DNA of 64,000 nucleotides from an uncultured bacterium (GTDB lineage: Bacteria > Oederibacteriota > PGYV01 > CAWJRG01): contig CAWJRG010000010.1 in assembly GCA_963845185.1 (NCBI GenBank), positions 640,001 to 704,000 on the forward strand. The letters are read 5' to 3'. The position numbers were made by a program, and so were the translations under genes. Numbering within the stretch: position 1 is the stretch's first letter; each line of letters begins with the position of its first letter. Positions 58,561 to 64,000 of the stretch are shown piece after piece. Under the pieces are notes generated by a model. It searched no databases, was not told where the DNA came from, and was given only the letters and a program-made list of their open reading frames with translations.

Positions 58561-59004
58561 TTAAAAGCCCTTGTCTGCCGTAATTACAGATGCCCATTCC
58601 ACCATTTTTACTTTTATGTTGTCCCTTACCTTCCTTGTCCTCTCAAGTTTTTCCGCTTCAGTGCCTTTAAACTTCGCCGGCTCAGGGAATTTCCAGTGCT
58701 TTCTTTTTGCCGCACCGATATAAACCGGCCACTTCCCGGTAGAAGCCCCATCGCCAACCGTGATTACATGGCTGAACAGATTGCCTTTTTTGTGAAAATC
58801 AGAGACTCTTCTGGTCGGATTTTTCGATATATCAATGCCTATTTCAGCCATTGCTTCGACCGCATACGGGTTTAATTTGCCCGGCTTAAGCCCTGCGCTT
58901 TGAGCGTCAAACTTGTATCCTGCGTATTTGTTCATGAAAGCCGCGGCCATCTGGCTTCTTGCGTTGTTGCGCTCGCATACGAAAAGGACCCTTGTCTTTT
59001 CCAT
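58561..59004 (-). CDS. ArsC/LMW-PTP paralog lacking both resolving cysteines
   Basis: CERNNARSQ intact, TVGDGASTGKWP instead of TVC...KCP, FPEP instead of FPDP. Confidence 0.85.
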   Translation of the reverse strand: MEKTRVLFVCERNNARSQMAAAFMNKYAGYKFDAQSAGLKPGKLNPYAVEAMAEIGIDISKNPTRRVSDFHKKGNLFSHVITVGDGASTGKWPVYIGAAKRKHWKFPEPAKFKGTEAEKLERTRKVRDNIKVKMVEWASVITADKGF

Positions 59005-59066
59005 AATCAAAACCTCCTTTGCTGTGCATACAGTGTTTTAAACTTCCCAATGTTTAAATTGACCTG

Positions 59067-59525
59067 TCAGAATTCTTTGCCTACCATCATTATTGAAGCC
59101 CATTTCAATACTTTTACTTTTATTGCATCCCTTATCTTCCTCGTCATCTCAAGCTTTTCTTCTATTGTGCCGTCAAATTTTGAAGGGTCAGGGAAGCTCC
59201 AGTGCTCCCTTGTCGCTGTGCCGGGAAATACCGGGCATTTCCCGGCAGTGGCCTCATCACAGACGGTAATTACATAACTGAACAAATTCCCGTTTTTATA
59301 GACGTCAAAAACACTTTTGGTCTCGTTTTTCGATATATCAATGCCTATTTCAGCCATTGCTTCAACCGCGTATGGGTTTAACATGTCCGGCTCAAGCCCG
59401 GCGCTTTGTGCCTCGTATTTATATCCTGCGTATTTATTCATGAAAGCCTCGGCCATCTGGCTCCTTGCGCTGTTGTGCTCGCATATGAAAAGAATCTTTA
59501 TTTTTCCTGAATTTATTTTTTCCAT
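59067..59525 (-). CDS. arsC: Arsenate reductase (LMW-PTP fold)
   Basis: [28 protein letters not shown]. Confidence 0.88.
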   Translation of the reverse strand: MEKINSGKIKILFICEHNSARSQMAEAFMNKYAGYKYEAQSAGLEPDMLNPYAVEAMAEIGIDISKNETKSVFDVYKNGNLFSYVITVCDEATAGKCPVFPGTATREHWSFPDPSKFDGTIEEKLEMTRKIRDAIKVKVLKWASIMMVGKEF

Positions 59526-59595
59526 AATCAAATCTCCCTTTAAATTTTTGTTTCCTGTAAATATTCAAACCAATGAAACATTTATTTTCAATGAA

Positions 59596-59649
59596 ATGAT
59601 ATAAAAAGGAGGTTAAAAGAAAATTATATAATAATTAATTTCGTGTTAA
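59596..59649 (-). promoter_or_regulatory. Pho-box-like promoter of arsC pair
   Basis: TTAACAC, TTAATTA, TTAACCT at 11-bp multiples; -10 TATCAT; same layout as 58471..58525. Confidence 0.65.
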
Positions 59650-59686
59650 GGCGTGAACTCTTATCTGACATGTCAGGTAATTAAAT

Positions 59687-59719
59687 AAAAAGGGACGGTT
59701 ATTAAACCGTCCCTTTTTT
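59687..59719. terminator. Intrinsic terminator (bidirectional form)
   Basis: AAAAAGGGACGGTT/AACCGTCCCTTTTTT. Confidence 0.8.
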
Positions 59720-59736
59720 GTATTGCCTAAAACCTG

Positions 59737-60504
59737 TTACCAGTTTATGTCGTCAAAAAGAATTGTCTCTGAAGATGTAGCTGCAGTCGCGCCGGTATTA
59801 GAATATATCTGCATTCCAACCTGGATAATCGCTGTAATATCGTCGTTGGTCAATGTTGCAGGCAGAACCCAGCTATACTGCTGCCATCCCGCTGCGGTAA
59901 TATTGATATAAGTTGCGTCCCAGCCGTACGCTGCGCTCTGGGCGTATATATCAACCTGATAATTACCACCGGTCATGTCTGCCGGAACATTTATCCAGCA
60001 TGAAATCGTTTTGCCGGTAAAATCTGCCGGAGTTGAGCTGAAATTGGTGTTTATATCACCTTTAACAGGAACAGTGGAATAATCTCCTGTAAACTGCATA
60101 CAGCCTGTGCTTCCGTTATGGCCTGCGCCTGCAGTAGTATTCCAGGTTTTTGCCGATAAGGCTGCGTTATCACCTGCTAAATTCCAACTCGGCGTTTGGT
60201 CTGTATCGAAACAAAACAGCGCATTACAAGGAACCGCTGTCGGGACTGCTGTTGGAACTGCTGTCGGAACCGCTGTATCTACTGCAGTCGGAACTGCCGT
60301 TGGAACTGCAGTCGTAACCGCTGTTGGTACTGCCGTTGGAACTGCTGTATTAGTAGACGTTACTGTAGCTGTCACTGTTTTTGTAGATGGTACCGCTGTC
60401 TTTGTCGGCGAAGGTGCTGTTACTGCCTTCCTGCCGCATGACACTGCAATTAATAAAGCTAAAACTGTGAATCCTAAAACAATATTCATTGAAAATTTTT
60501 TCAT
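59737..60504 (-). CDS. Lipoprotein with (TAVP)n linker and CBM-like beta-sandwich domain
   Basis: IAVSC lipobox, ~10 TAVP-type units at 60235-60350, DFTGKTISCW..P...GW......FDDI.W. Confidence 0.75.
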   Translation of the reverse strand: MKKFSMNIVLGFTVLALLIAVSCGRKAVTAPSPTKTAVPSTKTVTATVTSTNTAVPTAVPTAVTTAVPTAVPTAVDTAVPTAVPTAVPTAVPCNALFCFDTDQTPSWNLAGDNAALSAKTWNTTAGAGHNGSTGCMQFTGDYSTVPVKGDINTNFSSTPADFTGKTISCWINVPADMTGGNYQVDIYAQSAAYGWDATYINITAAGWQQYSWVLPATLTNDDITAIIQVGMQIYSNTGATAATSSETILFDDINW

Positions 60505-60693
60505 TTTGTCACCTCCTTTCTTTTTATTCTTTTTAGATTTTTTTTACTTTGGGTAAATTGTACTTTTATATTATTAAGATTTGATTAAGAAATATTAAAT
60601 TTTCCTTAAGTTAAATAACGGGGAATAATGTTGGTTAATTTTCATGTTTGGAATAAATGATTTTGGAATTTTTATAAGGGGGTTGGTTATTAA

Positions 60694-62412
60694 TTATACC
60701 GGCAGTGTCAAAATGAATTTCGTGCCTGCGCCGTACCTGCTGTCGACCTTTATTTCGCCCCTGTGCAGAAGCGCTATGTGTTTTACAATCGCAAGGCCGA
60801 GCCCGGTGCCGCCCATTTTTCTGGAGCGCGACGCATCCACGACATAAAACCTTTCGAAAATCCGCGGCAAATGCTCTTCGGGTATTCCTATGCCCGTATC
60901 CTGGATTTCAACGGTAACGTTGTTATCCTGGTTTTTTAAATTTATGGTTATCCTGCCTTTTTCAGTGTACTTGACTGCGTTGTCGATAAGGTTGATAAAT
61001 GCCTGCTCGAGCTTGAAAGAATCGCCTTTTATCATCGGGATATTTTCTTCATTTTTTAATGTTATTTCTATCCCCTTGTCTTTTGCCTTCTGCTCAAAAA
61101 GCTTTATTGCGGTATTTATTGACTGCATCAAATCGACCTTTTCCTCGACGATTCCTTTTTCCTCAAGCTCTGACAGCAAAAGCAGGTCGTTTACTATATT
61201 GATTACCCTTTCGGTATTTTTCTTTATTATGTCTAGGTAATGCCTGTTTTCCTCGTCAACGCTGCTTTCCATGGTCTCAACAAATCCCTTTATGGCAGTA
61301 AGCGGGGTTTTCAGCTCGTGCGAAACATTTGATACAAAATCCTTTTTTATTTTTTCCACCCTGCTGATTTCGGTGATGTCGTTAAATACAGCCATTATTT
61401 CATTCCTGTTCTGCAAATATGCCGCGCTCACCAGGTAAATCCTCTGGTTTATGTCAATCTGCTCGGTTATGCTTGTCTTGTCTTTTATGCTTCTTGCAAA
61501 CAGGTCGTTGAATTTCATTGATTTTAATACTTCCCACGAACGCTTGCCTTCGGGCGCTTCATCCTGCGCGATTTTTTTAAAGCTCTCGTTGCACATCAGG
61601 ATTTTTTCCTTGTCGTCTGCCAGGAGCAGGCCTTCCTTCATTGAAGAAATCACGCCGTCCAGCTCCTCGGTGCGGAAATTCAGCTCCTCAAAAAGGGTTT
61701 TTATTTCCGTGGACATGTTGTTGAAACTGTCCGCCAGTTCCTTAAACTCGCCTTTCCCCTCCGAGGGGACCTTCACTCCGAAATTTCCCGAGGCTATTTC
61801 CCTTGCGCCTGATGCCAGGCTGTTTATCGGGCCCGCGAATGTCCGCGCGAAAAAATATGAAACCGCAAGGGATAAAATTACTATGAGCAATGATATGCCG
61901 GCTATGCTTTTTTGAAGCTGCTCCAGAAGGCTGTTCACCTGGCGTAAAAATACGCTTACCCTGAGTATGGCAATGATTTTTCCGTTTTTTTCCAAAGGCA
62001 TAGCAACGTAAAGCATCCTGTCCTTTAACGTGTAGCTAAACCGCATGGATTTGCCTATGCCGTTTTTGAGCGCCTGCTTGACTTCATCCCTGTTCTTGTG
62101 GTTTTCCATCAAAGCAGGGTCCATCTCCGAGTCTGCCAGCACCCTGCCGTCCGGCGCTATGACCGTGATTCTCGTGTCTATCTGCCGCCGCATTGCCTTT
62201 ACAAATGCATCCATTTCCTTTGTTTTGTTTTTCTCAAGCAGCGGCATTATCTCGTCCTTAAGCATGAAAGTGTCGTTTTTCAGGCTTGTTGTTTCCCAGC
62301 TTATGTAATGGGACCTGATTATTATGTAGGAAAAAATTATTATGAGGCTTGAAAGCGCCGCAATAAGCAAAAGGTATCTTAAAAAAAGCCTGTAAAAAAT
62401 TGTGTTCTTCAT
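60694..62412 (-). CDS. phoR: Phosphate regulon sensor histidine kinase
   Basis: ENH..R.EV, HAMP, DFVSNVSHELKTPLT, NAVKY, FERFY.VD.SRSR..GGTGLGL. Confidence 0.92.
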   Translation of the reverse strand: MKNTIFYRLFLRYLLLIAALSSLIIIFSYIIIRSHYISWETTSLKNDTFMLKDEIMPLLEKNKTKEMDAFVKAMRRQIDTRITVIAPDGRVLADSEMDPALMENHKNRDEVKQALKNGIGKSMRFSYTLKDRMLYVAMPLEKNGKIIAILRVSVFLRQVNSLLEQLQKSIAGISLLIVILSLAVSYFFARTFAGPINSLASGAREIASGNFGVKVPSEGKGEFKELADSFNNMSTEIKTLFEELNFRTEELDGVISSMKEGLLLADDKEKILMCNESFKKIAQDEAPEGKRSWEVLKSMKFNDLFARSIKDKTSITEQIDINQRIYLVSAAYLQNRNEIMAVFNDITEISRVEKIKKDFVSNVSHELKTPLTAIKGFVETMESSVDEENRHYLDIIKKNTERVINIVNDLLLLSELEEKGIVEEKVDLMQSINTAIKLFEQKAKDKGIEITLKNEENIPMIKGDSFKLEQAFINLIDNAVKYTEKGRITINLKNQDNNVTVEIQDTGIGIPEEHLPRIFERFYVVDASRSRKMGGTGLGLAIVKHIALLHRGEIKVDSRYGAGTKFILTLPV

Positions 62413-63089
62413 TCTTCCAGCTTATAACCTACCCCTCTTATGTTTTTTACCAGTTTCCCGCCAACGCCTAGTTTTTCCCTAAGGTGCTTTATGTGCACGT
62501 CTATTGTCCTGTCCACCACTATTTTTTCGTCTCCCCACAGCAAGTCAAGAAGCTGCTCGCGCGAAAAAACCCTTCCTGGCTTTTCCATGAGTATTGTAAG
62601 TATCTTAAACTCGGTGGATGTCAGCTCGACTTTTTCGCCCTTTACGTATGCTTCAAACTTTTCAGGGTCTATTTTCAGTATTCCGCCGCGCTCGATGCCC
62701 GTGTTTTTTTCTTTTCTTTCTTTCCGCCGCAGCACTGCTTTTACCCGGGCAGTCAGCTCCCTGGGCGAAAACGGCTTTGGCACATAATCATCTGCGCCCA
62801 TTTCAAGCCCCAATACCCTGTCGGTTTCGTCTGTTTTTGCAGTAAGCATTATTATGGGTATGTCGCTGAACTTGTCGTCTTTTTTTATGATTTTGCATAC
62901 TTCGATGCCGTCCATGCCGGGCATCATTATGTCAAGAATTGCCAGGTCGGGCTTTGATTTGGAAAGGGATTTTATGAAGGAATTCCCGTTTGAAAATTCT
63001 TTTATTTTAAAACCTGCTTTTTTAAGGTTTACTGACACCAGTTCCCTTATATCGTCTTCGTCGTCAATTATTGCTATAAGGTTTTCCAT
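62409..63089 (-). CDS. phoB: OmpR-family response regulator of Pho regulon
   Basis: DDE, LDIMMP, MLTAK, GADDY..KPF, RTIDVHI..LR.KL, RGVGY; coupled to phoR. Confidence 0.88.
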   Translation of the reverse strand: MENLIAIIDDEDDIRELVSVNLKKAGFKIKEFSNGNSFIKSLSKSKPDLAILDIMMPGMDGIEVCKIIKKDDKFSDIPIIMLTAKTDETDRVLGLEMGADDYVPKPFSPRELTARVKAVLRRKERKEKNTGIERGGILKIDPEKFEAYVKGEKVELTSTEFKILTILMEKPGRVFSREQLLDLLWGDEKIVVDRTIDVHIKHLREKLGVGGKLVKNIRGVGYKLEE

Positions 63090-63124
63090 AAGGCACCGCC
63101 TTTCCTGCATATTATACAATAAAT

Positions 63125-64000
63125 TTAGTTAATTATTTTTGTCTTTTTTGTTAATTTATTGTAAAGAAAAAGCAGTATGTTCAGTATTAAAAGTCCGGCA
63201 AAACCCGCAGCTCCGGTTACGCCTACGGTAAGGTCGTTCCCGCCTTTGATATACAACAGCGCGAAACCTGCAGAAGCGTTCAAAGTGCCGTGCATTATGG
63301 ATGTGGCTATAACCGAGCCTGTTTTTAGCCTAATAAAATGGAAAAGCGGCGACAAAAGCATGCACCACAGTACCATAAAAAGCACGCCGATTTTATGGTG
63401 CTGGAAGTAATTATGCCCCTGCAGTATTATGGGCGCGTGCCATATTCCCCAGAGAAAGCCCGTGTAAAGCGACGCCTTATAAAAGCCCTTGTCCTTGAGC
63501 TCATTGAATAAAAAACCCCTCCAGCCTGTTTCCTCGCCAAAGGCTGCCAGGGCATTTACGGTAATTCCTGCAATCAGGGCCTGCGGTATGGCTATAAAAA
63601 TGTAATTTACAGGCAGGCCCTGCATCTGGCTTTTTATCAAATCCATTTTTCCCTTTGTCATGATATTCTGGAACCTGTTTATGCCTGACATGTCAGGCGC
63701 AAACGCAGTGCCCGGAAAAAGCAGGCCAATGCCAAGAGAGATAAATGAGTATATCAAAGGCATGAGCCAGGCAACTATATACCAGCCGCTGAACCTGAAT
63801 CCTATGCCGATTTCCTTAAAGGATTCTTTGTAAACGGCCTTTTTTAAAATGACTGTGGTCAAAAGCGGCAAGAACATGTATACAACCGTAAGCAATGTCC
63901 CGACAGTGCTCCTGTAAGGGAAAATAATATAAATCAGCGAAAACAAATAGGAAATACCAAGCACAAGCACTGTGTAAGATAATATTCTGTTTTTAAACAT
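63125..64000 (-). CDS. CPBP (CAAX protease-like) intramembrane protease; start may lie beyond window edge
   Basis: GEETGWRGFL, WGIWHAP, HGTLN motifs. Confidence 0.88.
   Translation of the reverse strand: MFKNRILSYTVLVLGISYLFSLIYIIFPYRSTVGTLLTVVYMFLPLLTTVILKKAVYKESFKEIGIGFRFSGWYIVAWLMPLIYSFISLGIGLLFPGTAFAPDMSGINRFQNIMTKGKMDLIKSQMQGLPVNYIFIAIPQALIAGITVNALAAFGEETGWRGFLFNELKDKGFYKASLYTGFLWGIWHAPIILQGHNYFQHHKIGVLFMVLWCMLLSPLFHFIRLKTGSVIATSIMHGTLNASAGFALLYIKGGNDLTVGVTGAAGFAGLLILNILLFLYNKLTKKTKIIN

Noticed and set aside
1..64000. Numerous long plus-strand ORFs antisense to minus-strand genes; tRNA, rRNA or prophage
   Set aside because: Shadow ORFs lack motifs and RBSs; no tRNA, rRNA or phage structural genes were recognised by eye

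Overview
Bacterial chromosomal window from a diderm, probably anaerobic polysaccharide degrader. Thr/Pro-linker secreted enzymes with YPNP-type C-terminal sorting domains and a PorV-like barrel suggest a Goldbacteria/Elusimicrobia-like lineage, but this is inference only. Nearly all genes are on the minus strand. From left to right: (1) a cobalamin riboswitch-led B12 uptake/salvage operon (btuF, btuB, DUF71 ATPase, cobC-like, start of cobU); (2) two secreted glycoside hydrolases sharing a duplicated CBM11-like module; (3) an accessory zone with a putative nucleotidyltransferase toxin-antitoxin pair, REP-like palindromes, and an AT-rich NACHT + AAA-ATPase gene pair whose ATPase is interrupted by a complete IS3-family element; (4) a GH5 enzyme, an MFS pump, a GH30-malectin-CBM3 enzyme and a LacI regulator; (5) a tightly packed ~12.3-kb string running from arsR-acr3 through redox/ABC/rhodanese/arsC genes and a sugar kinase + nucleotidyltransferase pair to the mercury methylation genes hgcA-hgcB; (6) a phosphate cluster (phoU, pstB/A/C, ppx, two thymidylate-kinase-like genes, sixA, pstS, porin, two arsC, phoR, phoB) with 11-bp-periodic TTAAC Pho-box-like sites, interrupted by an ECF sigma/anti-sigma/Spy/secreted protein/PorV-OmpA unit. 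A family of covarying modular hairpin repeats abuts several ribosome-binding sites. Three single-base frameshifts look like consensus errors. All calls come from motifs read by eye; no database search was run.
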